This document shows positions 1 to 9,449 of a DNA stretch of 64,000 nucleotides, one piece after another (the first letter of the stretch is position 1; each line of letters opens with the position of its first letter). This DNA is from Lachnospiraceae bacterium (lineage in GTDB: Bacteria; Bacillota; Clostridia; Lachnospirales; Lachnospiraceae): positions 1,637-65,636 of the forward strand of contig CAAFXE010000387.1 of the NCBI GenBank assembly GCA_900766915.1, given 5' to 3'. The translations under genes were made by a program, and so were the position numbers. The notes under the pieces are model-generated. The model had not been told where the DNA came from. It ran no database searches and worked only from the letters and a program-made list of their open reading frames with translations.

Positions 1-2797
1 GCTCCATTCTCTGATGGTTTTCGTCCTCTAAAACCACGGTATCTCCCACTGCCAGATCGTAGGTTTTTGCAATCTTATCTGTAAGGATACATTCTCCCTC
101 TCCGGGATATGGCAAGGTTTCTCCTGTATTTGCATCCGCAAGGAGCACATAAGGAGCTATCTCATCCTTTTCGTCTACTGCTACCAGACTGATACTCTTG
201 ACTCCATTTTCTGTCACCAGATCAATGGATTTTTCCATGGTATATAAAAAGCTTTCCACGCCGTCTTTCTCCAGTGCTTTCATGAGAAGATCCGTATCTT
301 CTCCGGCACTTTCATTAAGCATCACATTCACATCCATGGTCTGGATACGACCGTACTGATCGTTTGCCACATTGGCAATGGAATCCCTGATACCGAAGCC
401 GGTAACCAATAGTCCTGTACAGCCGCTGATACCGATTACCATCATAAAGAATCTCTTTTTATACCGGAACACATTTCTATAAGAAACTTTATGTAAAAAT
501 TTCAAATGATTCCAGATTAAAGGAACACGCTCCAGAAGAACACGCTTTCCGGCCTTTGGTGCCTTTGGTCTCATGAGCTCCGCTGCCACTTCTGACAATT
601 CATTTTTACAAGTGACATAAGTGGCTCCCATGGAGCACAGCATCGATACCACAAGAGAAAATACAAGGATCTTCCAGTCAAACACATAGACGATATCAGT
701 AATACTGTACATTGTCTGGTAGGCATACCAGATCACATTTGGAAAAAGCCAAATTCCCACAAAATACCCAAATAAACATCCTGAGATCGCAGCGGAACCG
801 GAATAGAATAAATATTTTCCCATAATGGAGGCTTCGCTGTAACCCAGTGCCTTCAATACACCGATCTGGGTTCTTTGTTCCTCAATCATACGGTTCATGG
901 TGGTCACACAGATCAATGCTGCTACCGCATAGAAAAATACCGGAAATACATTGGCAATGCCGTCCACGATGGCGGAATCATTTTCCATACAGACATAACC
1001 TACGTTGGTATCCCGGCCTAAAAGAAAGCTTTCCGGCTCTTCAATGTCTGCAATCTCTTTTTCCGCATCGGCAATTTTTTCCTCACCGTCAGCAATTTCG
1101 GTGAGAAATTCCTGATAACCCTCTTCATACTCTGCATAGCCGTCATTATATTCAACCCAGCCATCCGCAAGTTCTGCCTCGGTATCCGCAAGTTCCGTCT
1201 CGCCTTTTAAAATTTCTGCTTCACCTTTGGAAAACTCTGTCCAGCCTTCCCGCAGCTTCCGAAGTCCCTGTTCCAGTTCTTCATAGCCTTGGTCAACTTC
1301 CTTTTGAGCAGCTTCTAACTGGGCTTTGGCAGAAGAAATCTGAGCCTTTCCTTCCTCCAGCTGGGCTTTGTTGGCGTCGATCTCTGCCTGGGCTGCTTCG
1401 ATTTGGGTAATTGAAAATTCTAATTGTTCCACAACGGTTTCAAGCATTTGATTTTTAGCTTTTACAGCCAAAATTCCAGAAAGACCTGAACTAGGATCAA
1501 TCGGAAACATACTTCTAAAAGGCCCTATCAGAGTTTCTGCTGTTGCTGATAAATTATCCAACAAGTCTGAATTTGGATTATTATCATATTGAATTATTCC
1601 TTCACTTAATTGATTTTTTCCTATCTTTAATTGCTCAAGCTGTATTCTCGTAATTGGTATTTGTGCACTCTGCTCATCCAGCTGTGCCTGTGCCGCATCT
1701 AACTGTTCTTCTGCTTCCTCCAGCTTCGCTGATTCCGCCTCCACCTTCGCCCAATTCTCATCAATCTCCTTTTGGGCATCCGGCAAGGTCACATTTCTGG
1801 CATATCCAAGATCATACTCCGCACTATTTAAGGTCTCACGGTTTTCTTCCAGCTCTGCACGGCCATCTGCCAGCTTCTGTCTGGCATCGGCAACCTCTTT
1901 TTCTCCATCCTTCAATTCCTTCAGGGCATCATCAAGCTCCTTCTTTGCATCGGCAAGCTCTGCCTCGCCCTCTGCTTTTCCGTCGGCAAGCTCCTGCTTC
2001 GCATCGGCAAGCTCTCCTTCTGCCTCATCCATCAATCGGTCATACCGATCATTAGCCGCATCCTCTGCCAGTGATTCCCATGTCGTTTCCTTGCCATCGA
2101 TAAAGTTTTTGTATTCATCACTGTATATTTTGTAGTCCTCATCAAACTTTACCAGAATTTCCGTATAGAAATCTACGTCAAAGCCTTCCATGGAAATATA
2201 CATAAAACCGGAAATCTTTCCCTTTCCCAAAGAAGTGTTGCCTCTTTCAAACTGGATGTAATTGGAGGACTGAACAGTTCCCACGATCTCATATTCTTCA
2301 TAGGTAAAATTTCCAAGGGCATCTTCCTCATTTTCCGGGGATAAGAAGATCTTTTGTCCGATACAGTCCTTTGGGAAGGTCAGAGCATCTACCACACACT
2401 CTTTGGAGTTTTCCGGTAATCTGCCCTCCCGAAGTTCAATGCCGTTGATGTTTTCCGGCAGGCTGAAAATTTTAAGTACCTTTCCACTTTCAGATTCCGT
2501 ATCACATAACATATCCACAGAAACGATCCCTTCAGCAAATCGGACACCTTCCTGACCGGATATCTTTTCCAGATCCTGCTCTTCAAAACCAAGGGTTGAT
2601 AATACCCGGTAATCATAAAACTCTTTCTCACGAAAATAATTGTCCGTAGTCTTCACCATGGCAGTCTGAATGACTTTCAAGCCGGCAAAAAGGCTGACTC
2701 CCAAGGCAGTGATGGCAAAGATCGCCATAAATCTTCCGAAGCTTTGTTTGATCTCACGTACAGTGGATTTCCACATTCCTGACTTCATAACTTTCAT
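1..2797 (-). CDS. ABC transporter permease, MacB/FtsX type, with a long extracytoplasmic coiled-coil insert (3' end runs off the window)
   Basis: Absent from the ORF track because it has no stop inside the window. Hand translation from the ATG at 2797 (MKVMKSGMWKSTVREIKQSFGRFMAIFAITALG) is in the same frame as the translation at nt 58-2 (DLAVGDTVVLEDENHQRME) and at nt 898 (MNRMIEEQRTQIGVLKALG, an FtsX-type block). It starts 3 nt after the stop of the ATPase gene. The middle part encodes repeated ELADAK-like coiled-coil units. Confidence 0.8.
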   Translation of the reverse strand, partial: MKVMKSGMWKSTVREIKQSFGRFMAIFAITALGVSLFAGLKVIQTAMVKTTDNYFREKEFYDYRVLSTLGFEEQDLEKISGQEGVRFAEGIVSVDMLCDTESESGKVLKIFSLPENINGIELREGRLPENSKECVVDALTFPKDCIGQKIFLSPENEEDALGNFTYEEYEIVGTVQSSNYIQFERGNTSLGKGKISGFMYISMEGFDVDFYTEILVKFDEDYKIYSDEYKNFIDGKETTWESLAEDAANDRYDRLMDEAEGELADAKQELADGKAEGEAELADAKKELDDALKELKDGEKEVADARQKLADGRAELEENRETLNSAEYDLGYARNVTLPDAQKEIDENWAKVEAESAKLEEAEEQLDAAQAQLDEQSAQIPITRIQLEQLKIGKNQLSEGIIQYDNNPNSDLLDNLSATAETLIGPFRSMFPIDPSSGLSGILAVKAKNQMLETVVEQLEFSITQIEAAQAEIDANKAQLEEGKAQISSAKAQLEAAQKEVDQGYEELEQGLRKLREGWTEFSKGEAEILKGETELADTEAELADGWVEYNDGYAEYEEGYQEFLTEIADGEEKIADAEKEIADIEEPESFLLGRDTNVGYVCMENDSAIVDGIANVFPVFFYAVAALICVTTMNRMIEEQRTQIGVLKALGYSEASIMGKYLFYSGSAAISGCLFGYFVGIWLFPNVIWYAYQTMYSITDIVYVFDWKILVFSLVVSMLCSMGATYVTCKNELSEVAAELMRPKAPKAGKRVLLERVPLIWNHLKFLHKVSYRNVFRYKKRFFMMVIGISGCTGLLVTGFGIRDSIANVANDQYGRIQTMDVNVMLNESAGEDTDLLMKALEKDGVESFLYTMEKSIDLVTENGVKSISLVAVDEKDEIAPYVLLADANTGETLPYPGEGECILTDKIAKTYDLAVGDTVVLEDENHQRME

Positions 2798-2800
2798 CCT

Positions 2801-3505
2801 TTACCATTCAATCTCTGAAATATCTACGATATGATCATTTTTCACCATCTTGGTGATGGTACCGCTTTTTACGGTAATGATCCGGTCTGCCATGGCTGTC
2901 AGTGCCTGATTGTGGGTAATGACAATGACTGTTTTTCCTTCCTTGCGACAGGTATCCTGCAAGAGCTTTAAGACCGCTTTTCCTGTGTTATAGTCCAGGG
3001 CTCCTGTGGGCTCATCACAAAGAAGAATCTTTGGATTTTTTGCAAGTGCACGGGCAATGGCAACACGCTGCTGCTCACCGCCTGATAACTGAGCCGGAAA
3101 ATTCAAAAGACGCTCCCCCAGTCCTACTTTTTCCAATACTTCTTTGGCATCCAGAGGTTCCTTACAGATCTGTGCCGCCAGTTCTACATTTTCCAGTGCT
3201 GTCAGATTCGGCACCAGATTATAAAACTGGAATACGAACCCCACATCATAACGCCGGTAGGAGGTCAGCTGCCGTTTTCCATAGGCAGAAATTTCCTCTC
3301 CATCCAGATAGACGTGACCTTCCGTTAAGGTATCCATACCTCCCAGAATATTTAAGATCGTTGTCTTTCCTGCACCTGATGCACCGACAATGACGCAGAA
3401 CTCTCCTTTTTCAATTTCGAAATTAACATCATGCAGTGCCGGAATTTCCAGTTCTCCGGTTTTATATACCTTTTTCACATTCTCAAATTTAACGAATGCA
3501 CTCAT
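2801..3505 (-). CDS. ABC transporter ATP-binding protein (MacB/LolD-like)
   Basis: 234 aa with Walker [10 protein letters not shown], signature LSGGEQQR and Walker B ILLCDEPT. Immediately upstream of the FtsX-type permease. Confidence 0.93.
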   Translation of the reverse strand: MSAFVKFENVKKVYKTGELEIPALHDVNFEIEKGEFCVIVGASGAGKTTILNILGGMDTLTEGHVYLDGEEISAYGKRQLTSYRRYDVGFVFQFYNLVPNLTALENVELAAQICKEPLDAKEVLEKVGLGERLLNFPAQLSGGEQQRVAIARALAKNPKILLCDEPTGALDYNTGKAVLKLLQDTCRKEGKTVIVITHNQALTAMADRIITVKSGTITKMVKNDHIVDISEIEW

Positions 3506-3590
3506 ATACTCACCCTTTCACACGAATTGTATTGCTTCACACTAAACACATCATAGCATTATTTTCCATCAGATTCTATTAAATAACTAT

Positions 3591-3627
3591 AAAAAACTCA
3601 TGGAACACTTTTTGCTCCATGAGTTTT
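3591..3627 (-). terminator. Rho-independent terminator after the NSS transporter gene
   Basis: ACTCATGGA (3596-3604) pairs with TCCATGAGT (3615-3623). The stem is flanked by an A-run and a T-run, so the minus strand has a U-tract. Confidence 0.7.
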
Positions 3628-3644
3628 ACAGGTCATTATGTAAT

Positions 3645-4994
3645 TTAGAAAATTCCCATCAGGAAGATGCATAAGATCAGCACCGGAATGACAAATGTCA
3701 TAAGGGGGCGCATCCATTTCGTAACCTTAAGACCCTTTCCTTCATTGGCTTCTGCCATAAATTTTTCCCATCCCCATCCATAGCGGGTCACACAGAACAG
3801 GACATAGATCAGAGAGCCCAATGGGAGCAAAAGATTGCTGACCACAAAGTCTTCCAGGTCCATGATACCTTTTCCTGCAATGGCAAAACTGCTCCATACA
3901 TTGAAGCCCAATGCACAAGGAATAGAACATACAAACAGGATCACTGCATTAACCATGCAGGCTTTTTTTCTATCCCATCCGAAAAGATCGATACAGCATG
4001 CAATAATATTTTCAAACACTGCAATAATCGTGGAAAATGCTGCAAATGTCATAAAGATAAAGAAAAGGCTTCCCCATAATCTTCCAAGCGGTATATTGTT
4101 AAAAATGTTCGGCAAGGTAATAAAGATCAGGTTTGGACCGCTGTCCGGCTGTACCCCATAGGCAAAGCATGCAGGGAAAATGATCATCCCGGCACAAAGT
4201 GCTACAAAGGTATCCAGGACTGCCACATTGACAGCTTCTCCCATGAGTGCTCTTTCTTTTCCAATATAACTTCCAAAAATTGCCATAGCACCAATACCAA
4301 GACTTAAAGTAAAAAATGCCTGATTCATAGCACCAACAATTACATTTGCCACACCGATGGACTTCATGCGGCCAAAATCCGGAATCAGATAGAACTTGAC
4401 ACCCTCAGACGCTCCCGGCAAAAGCACACTGTTTACCGCAAGGACTACCATGATCAAAAGTAATGCGATCATCATCACCTTGGTGATCTTTTCTACCCCT
4501 TTTTGTACGCCAAAGGAACAAATAAAAATACCGATGGCTACTGTCAGCAGCATGTAGAACATGAGCCACCCCGGCTGACTTAACATGGTTCCAAACATAT
4601 TTCCTACTTCTTCCACAGATGCACCCACAAACTTTCCTGTGGACATATCCACAAAGTAGCGGATCATCCAGCCTGTAACGACTGTATAGAAAAACATTAA
4701 AATATAGTTACCTGCCATAGCAAAGTAACCGTGAATGTGCCACTTACTTCCCTCTGGTTCCAGCTTTTCGTAAAGCTTTACCGGGCTTTTCTGGCTGGCA
4801 CGACCCATGGCAAACTCCATGGTCATAACCGGTACTCCTAAAAGTATCAGACATAGCAAGTAAATCAATACAAAGGCACCGCCTCCATACTGTCCTGTCA
4901 TATACGGAAATTTCCATACATTCCCCACACCGATGGCACATCCTGCGCTGAGCAGAATGAAACCAAGTCGGCTTCCTAAACGCTCTCTCTCCAT
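3645..4994 (-). CDS. sodium-dependent transporter, neurotransmitter:sodium symporter (NSS/SNF) family
   Basis: 449 aa, polytopic. The N-terminus LGFILLSAGCAIGVGNVWKFPY is the NSS hallmark. Confidence 0.9.
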   Translation of the reverse strand: MERERLGSRLGFILLSAGCAIGVGNVWKFPYMTGQYGGGAFVLIYLLCLILLGVPVMTMEFAMGRASQKSPVKLYEKLEPEGSKWHIHGYFAMAGNYILMFFYTVVTGWMIRYFVDMSTGKFVGASVEEVGNMFGTMLSQPGWLMFYMLLTVAIGIFICSFGVQKGVEKITKVMMIALLLIMVVLAVNSVLLPGASEGVKFYLIPDFGRMKSIGVANVIVGAMNQAFFTLSLGIGAMAIFGSYIGKERALMGEAVNVAVLDTFVALCAGMIIFPACFAYGVQPDSGPNLIFITLPNIFNNIPLGRLWGSLFFIFMTFAAFSTIIAVFENIIACCIDLFGWDRKKACMVNAVILFVCSIPCALGFNVWSSFAIAGKGIMDLEDFVVSNLLLPLGSLIYVLFCVTRYGWGWEKFMAEANEGKGLKVTKWMRPLMTFVIPVLILCIFLMGIF

Positions 4995-5076
4995 ATTGTT
5001 TCTCCTTCACAATTTCATGGCATTATCCAAATGCCTATTCTGTTTAGTATACCATTTTCCGGATTTTAATTCAACA

Positions 5077-5106
5077 ATAAAAAAGCCCGCTATTTAAAAC
5101 GGGCTT
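5077..5106 (-). terminator. Rho-independent terminator overlapping the last pflA codons
   Basis: AAGCCCG (5083-5089) pairs with CGGGCTT (5100-5106), followed on the minus strand by a T-run. Confidence 0.65.
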
Positions 5107-5836
5107 CTCTTACACCTTCTAATATGATTCTCTTGGCTTCCGCTGCTTTCTCCTTTGGCAATGCTTCCAGTCCTTCCAGCGGATACGGGATTCCTAGCTC
5201 CTCGTACTTCTTTACTCCCATGGTATGGTATGGAAGTACATCCAAGGCCTTTAAATTTTTCAGAGAACCTATAAATCTTCCTAAATTTTTCAGGTCTTTT
5301 TTATCGTCACTGATGCCAGGCACCACCACGTGACGAATCCATAAAGGTATATTTTTTTCTTCCAAATATTTTGCAAAAGCTATAATCCCTTTATTTTCCT
5401 GTCCCGTCAGTACTTTATGCTTTGCCGGATCTATGTGTTTGATATCCAGCATCACAAGGTTGGTATATTTCATCAGCTCATCCAGTTTTTCATTATAAGC
5501 TGACTGTCCCGGATGATAGGTGATTCCGGAAGTATCCAGACAGGTATGTATCTTTTGTTCACTTGCCTTTTTGAAAAGTTCCAGAAGGAAATCGATCTGT
5601 AAAAGAGGTTCACCCCCGGTTACAGTAAGACCGCCCTTTGTGTAGAAAGAGCGGTTCTTATTGTAATTCATTAAGATTTCATCTGCGGTTACTTCTGTTC
5701 CTTTTCGCACTTCCCAGGTATCCGGATTATGACAGTACTGACATCTCATGGGACATCCCTGAAAAAACACGACATAGCGCAGTCCCGGCCCATCGACGGT
5801 ACCGAAGCTTTCCTGCGAATGAATATAACCTTTCAT
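5090..5836 (-). CDS. pflA: pyruvate formate-lyase activating enzyme (radical SAM)
   Basis: 248 aa with the CPMRCQYCHN radical-SAM cluster motif near the N-terminus. Directly downstream of the PFL genes. Confidence 0.95.
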   Translation of the reverse strand: MKGYIHSQESFGTVDGPGLRYVVFFQGCPMRCQYCHNPDTWEVRKGTEVTADEILMNYNKNRSFYTKGGLTVTGGEPLLQIDFLLELFKKASEQKIHTCLDTSGITYHPGQSAYNEKLDELMKYTNLVMLDIKHIDPAKHKVLTGQENKGIIAFAKYLEEKNIPLWIRHVVVPGISDDKKDLKNLGRFIGSLKNLKALDVLPYHTMGVKKYEELGIPYPLEGLEALPKEKAAEAKRIILEGVREARFK

Positions 5837-5845
5837 TGCTTCGAA

Positions 5846-6088
5846 TTAAATAGAGTCGTGGAATGTTCTGGAGATAACTTCGTCCTGCTGTTCTTTTGTA
5901 AGTTTTACGAAGTTAACTGCGTATCCGCTGACACGTACTGTAAGCTGTGGATATTTTTCCGGATGTGCCTGTGCATCCAGAAGTGTTTCTTTTGTAAATA
6001 CGTTGACATTTAAATGGTGTCCGCCCTTCTGAACATATCCGTCAAGAAGTCCCACCAGGTTATCGATCTGATTCTGTGTTGCTGCCAT
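5846..6088 (-). CDS. stand-alone glycyl-radical domain protein, equivalent to the C-terminal ~75 aa of PflB
   Basis: 80 aa containing GGHHLNVNV...[17 protein letters not shown], the PFL glycyl-radical fingerprint RVSGYAV. An AGGAGG box lies 7 nt upstream of the ATG. Confidence 0.9.
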   Translation of the reverse strand: MAATQNQIDNLVGLLDGYVQKGGHHLNVNVFTKETLLDAQAHPEKYPQLTVRVSGYAVNFVKLTKEQQDEVISRTFHDSI

Positions 6089-6113
6089 GATTTTTCCTCC
6101 TAAATTTTTTAAA

Positions 6114-8213
6114 TTATTCTGCGTCTAAGCCTTCAAATAAGGTTGGTGATGCGCATGCACCGTTTGCGCAGTCAAGTTCTACTTCAATATCACCTGCAAA
6201 TACCTGATCATCTTTTCCAAGTGCTCCCGGAATGATGGAGAATGTATTGGAAATACCATCCTGTGCATCGATGAATGGTAATTTCGCTACAGATGCCATG
6301 GATGCTACTGCACCATGAGTATCTCTTCTATGCATTGGGTTTGCTCCCGGAGCAAATGCTTCCCCTTTCTTACGTCCGTCCGGTGTGGAGCCGGTTGCTT
6401 TACCATAAACTACGTTGGATGTGATTGTAAGGATCGATGTTGTCGGGATACCGCCTCTGTAGGTATGGTTCTTTCTTACATGCTCCATGAAGGTGTGAAC
6501 GATTTCACGGGCAATCTCATCAACTCTGTCATCATCGTTACCGAATTTCGGGAAGTCGCCTTCTACTTCGTAGTCCACTACGATACCATCTTCGTCACGG
6601 ATTGTTTTAACTTTTGCATATTTAATTGCTGATAAGGAGTCAGCTACTACGGAAAGTCCGGCAATACCTGTTGCGAACCAACGGGTAACATTCTTATCAT
6701 GAAGAGCCATCTGGATCTTTTCATAGCAGTATTTGTCATGCATATAATGAATGATGTTCAGAGTATTTACATATACTTCTGCAAGCCACTGCATCATTGC
6801 ATCGTACTTTCTCATAACTTCATCATAATCTAAGTATTCAGAAGTAATTGGTGTAAATTCAGGACCAACCTGTTTCTTGGAAACCTCGTCCTTACCACCG
6901 TTGATCGCGTAAAGCAGACATTTTGCAAGGTTTGCTCTTGCTCCGAAGAACTGCATTTCTTTACCGACTCTCATGGAAGATACACAGCATGCAATCGCAT
7001 AGTCATCACCATGGGTAAATCTCATAAGGTCGTCGTTTTCGTACTGTACAGAAGAAGATTCGATAGAAGTCTTTGCACAGAAGCGTTTGAAGTTTTCCGG
7101 TAAATGTACAGACCAGAGAACTGTTAAGTTTGGTTCCGGAGCTGCACCTAAGTTGGACAATGTATGAAGGTAACGATAAGACATCTTTGTTACCATGTGA
7201 CGTCCGTCAATACCAACACCGCCGATGGATTCTGTTACCCACTGTGGGTCACCGGAGAATAATGCATTGTATTCCGGTGTACGTGCGAATTTCACAAGAC
7301 GCAGCTTCATGATAAAATGGTCAACCATTTCCTGAATCTGTTCTTCTGTGAATACGCCGTTCTTTAAGTCTCTTTCTGCATAGATGTCAATGAATGTAGA
7401 AGTACGTCCCAAGGACATTGCTGCACCATTCTGTTCTTTGACTGCTGCAAGATAACCAAAGTACATCCACTGAATTGCTTCCTGTGTATTGGTAGCCGGA
7501 AGGGAAATATCGAATCCGTAGCTTGCTGCCATTTCTTTTAACTGATGTAATGCACGGATCTGTTCGGATAATTCTTCACGGTCACGAATCACATCAGAAT
7601 ACATTGCAGAACGTGTAGTTCTCTTCTGTTCTTCTTTATCTTCAATGAGGCGGTCTACACCGTAAAGTGCAACTCGTCTGTAGTCACCGATAATACGTCC
7701 ACGTCCATAAGCATCCGGAAGACCTGTGATGATATGGCTGGAACGGCAGGCTCTCATTTCCGGTGTATATACATCAAATACACCTGCATTGTGTGTTTTT
7801 CTGTGGACTGTAAAGAATTCACTGACTTCCGGATCTACCTTGTATCCATTATCAGCACAGGCTTTCTCTGCCATTCTGATACCGCCGTATGGCATTAATG
7901 CACGTTTGAATGGCTTGTCAGTCTGAAAGCCTACGATTTTTTCTTTGTCCTTATTTAAATATCCGGGACCATGAGAAGTGATGGTAGAAATAATCTTTGT
8001 GTCCATGTCAAGAACACCGCCCGCTTCTCTTTCCTGTCTTGTTAAATCCATTACCTGATCCCACAGATCTAAGGTATCCTGTGTAGGACCTGCAAGGAAA
8101 CTTTCATCTCCGTCATATGGAGTGTAATTGTGTCTGATAAAGCTTCTTACATTGATTTCGTTGGCCCATGTGGCTTTTTCAAAGTCATACCAACCCGGAT
8201 AGTTTCTTCCCAT
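6114..8213 (-). CDS. pflB: formate C-acetyltransferase (pyruvate formate-lyase) catalytic body lacking the glycyl-radical domain
   Basis: 699 aa with the PflB-type N-terminus and the active-site IACCVSS Cys-Cys pair. It ends ...[36 protein letters not shown] just before the position where the Gly-radical domain normally follows. Confidence 0.92.
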   Translation of the reverse strand: MGRNYPGWYDFEKATWANEINVRSFIRHNYTPYDGDESFLAGPTQDTLDLWDQVMDLTRQEREAGGVLDMDTKIISTITSHGPGYLNKDKEKIVGFQTDKPFKRALMPYGGIRMAEKACADNGYKVDPEVSEFFTVHRKTHNAGVFDVYTPEMRACRSSHIITGLPDAYGRGRIIGDYRRVALYGVDRLIEDKEEQKRTTRSAMYSDVIRDREELSEQIRALHQLKEMAASYGFDISLPATNTQEAIQWMYFGYLAAVKEQNGAAMSLGRTSTFIDIYAERDLKNGVFTEEQIQEMVDHFIMKLRLVKFARTPEYNALFSGDPQWVTESIGGVGIDGRHMVTKMSYRYLHTLSNLGAAPEPNLTVLWSVHLPENFKRFCAKTSIESSSVQYENDDLMRFTHGDDYAIACCVSSMRVGKEMQFFGARANLAKCLLYAINGGKDEVSKKQVGPEFTPITSEYLDYDEVMRKYDAMMQWLAEVYVNTLNIIHYMHDKYCYEKIQMALHDKNVTRWFATGIAGLSVVADSLSAIKYAKVKTIRDEDGIVVDYEVEGDFPKFGNDDDRVDEIAREIVHTFMEHVRKNHTYRGGIPTTSILTITSNVVYGKATGSTPDGRKKGEAFAPGANPMHRRDTHGAVASMASVAKLPFIDAQDGISNTFSIIPGALGKDDQVFAGDIEVELDCANGACASPTLFEGLDAE

Positions 8214-8269
8214 AGATGTTTTCTCCTTTATACATTATATTATAATTTTTGTTTGCCTCTCTGATTATT

Positions 8270-8299
8270 ATCATACCTTAAAATCCCCCTGAAAATCAA
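8270..8299 (-). promoter_or_regulatory. candidate sigma-A promoter of pflB
   Basis: On the minus strand, TTGATT (8299-8294), an 18-nt spacer, then TATGAT (8275-8270), about 55 nt upstream of the ATG. Confidence 0.4.
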
Positions 8300-8318
8300 T
8301 GTCTCCGGGCCTTAATCT

Positions 8319-8359
8319 TGTACTAAATCAGGTACAAAATGTGTACTAAATCAAGTACA
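8319..8359. promoter_or_regulatory. two tandem 18-nt palindromes TGTAC-N8-GTACA (candidate operator pair upstream of pflB)
   Basis: TGTACTAAATCAGGTACA (8319-8336) and TGTACTAAATCAAGTACA (8342-8359) are 17/18 identical with centres 23 nt apart. The second overlaps the niaR stop codon. Confidence 0.5.
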
Positions 8360-8855
8360 ATTCCAAGGCCTTTTCAATTTTGTCCAAAACCTCTTCTGAG
8401 GCCGCCTCCACGGTATGATAATGGATACCGCAGCCGATGATATTTAACGGACCTGATTTACTTTTCTTTAAGAGTTTACAGAATTCTTCCACTTCTTTTC
8501 TGCAGGAAAGCATAAGATTCCCCCGAATCTCTCCATAAATATCATGCTCCACCATCACATCCAGCACCTTTCCTCCCAGATCTACAATGGTGTTCAGCTC
8601 ATCCTCTACCTGTTCTGCACTATGGCGTACACAAAAAGTACGGCAAGGTTTTTTCTCTGCCAGAGGATACAGTAAATATCCTTTGGCAGTTGCAAGAACA
8701 GGATAAGCCGTTCGAAGCAGTGTAATATCCTGTACAATGACCTGACGGCTTACACCGGTAAGCTTTGCCAGTGCACTTCCCGAAACAGGCTCTGTATTTT
8801 CTTTAAGATATTCCAAAATTTTGGCTCGACGCCTCTTTCCGTCCATTTTTTCCAT
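8346..8855 (-). CDS. niaR: transcription repressor NiaR/YrxA type (HTH plus 3H domain)
   Basis: 169 aa with an N-terminal HTH (RRRAKILEYLKENTEPVSGSALAKLTGVSRQVIVQDI) and a C-terminal His-containing 3H-like region (HDIYGEI...HYHTV). Confidence 0.75.
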   Translation of the reverse strand: MEKMDGKRRRAKILEYLKENTEPVSGSALAKLTGVSRQVIVQDITLLRTAYPVLATAKGYLLYPLAEKKPCRTFCVRHSAEQVEDELNTIVDLGGKVLDVMVEHDIYGEIRGNLMLSCRKEVEEFCKLLKKSKSGPLNIIGCGIHYHTVEAASEEVLDKIEKALELYLI

Positions 8856-8879
8856 ACATGTTCCATTCCTTCTTAAACT

Positions 8880-9116
8880 TTATTCCTGAATTTCCACCCA
8901 TACGGTAAAAATTCCTTCTTCCTCAATGACTTCCGTAACCGTTCCTTCCAATACCTTTAATCTTTGCTTGGTATTATTTGACATGGCAATTGCTTCGCGG
9001 ATCGTATAATAATACATGATTCCGGCCATAGTATTTGCAACATCCTCTTTTAAAAGCACATGATCTCCGGCTTTCACAAGTCCCGGACGTTCCATTCGAA
9101 AATCCATTTTACGCAT
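8880..9116 (-). CDS. hypothetical small protein
   Basis: The ORF track gives 8880..9125 with a GTG start. The ATG at 9116 has GAGGTG 6 nt upstream, so I prefer it. I recognise no family. Confidence 0.5.
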   Translation of the reverse strand: MRKMDFRMERPGLVKAGDHVLLKEDVANTMAGIMYYYTIREAIAMSNNTKQRLKVLEGTVTEVIEEEGIFTVWVEIQE

Positions 9117-9142
9117 AATTTTCACCTCAAATAAAATATTAC

Positions 9143-9263
9143 GTATCTGTTCAGTACCTTCCAGATACGAAGCAAAAATCCATTAAAAATTGCTTCGCAA
9201 TGGGATTTTTGCTTACAAAACTCGGGATTTTCTTTCGAAAACCCTCGCGGAATAGTGGCTTCT
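9143..9263. repeat. compound palindromic, MITE-like intergenic element with ~16-nt inverted termini
   Basis: GTATCTGTTCAGTACC (9143-9158) faces GGCTTCTGAACAGTTAC (9247-9263). Two internal hairpins lie between them (9170-9214 and 9221-9249). It shares GAAAATCC and GCGAAGC strings with the 21-kb repeat family. Confidence 0.5.
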
Positions 9264-9449
9264 GAACAGTTACAATATAACATAAATGCAGCCTGTTTTT
9301 CTCATTATTTTTTAACATTTTTTACAAAATACAATTTTTTTCAGGAAAGGGATTGCAAACCCCATCATTTTTTGTTATTTTTTTATCAAACTTATTTACT
9401 ACAGTTGGAGAAAAAGTTCTCAGCTGACTATGAATTTAGGAGGTTCACT

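Noticed and set aside
5846-8213. Interpreting the two PFL ORFs as a frameshifted pseudogene of a single pflB.
   Set aside because: The junction is not a simple frameshift. There is a 30-aa non-homologous tail, an in-frame stop, a 25-nt spacer with a perfect AGGAGG at ideal distance, and a fresh ATG. Both parts keep intact catalytic motifs. Sequencing error cannot be excluded without reads, so I report it as a finding rather than a pseudogene.
9255-9449. An upstream extension of the ldhA ORF (the 398-aa version).
   Set aside because: The extension covers the palindromic element and AT-rich promoter DNA. A consensus TAGGAGG precedes the ATG at 9450, and the protein aligns as a normal ~333-aa D-2-hydroxyacid dehydrogenase from there.
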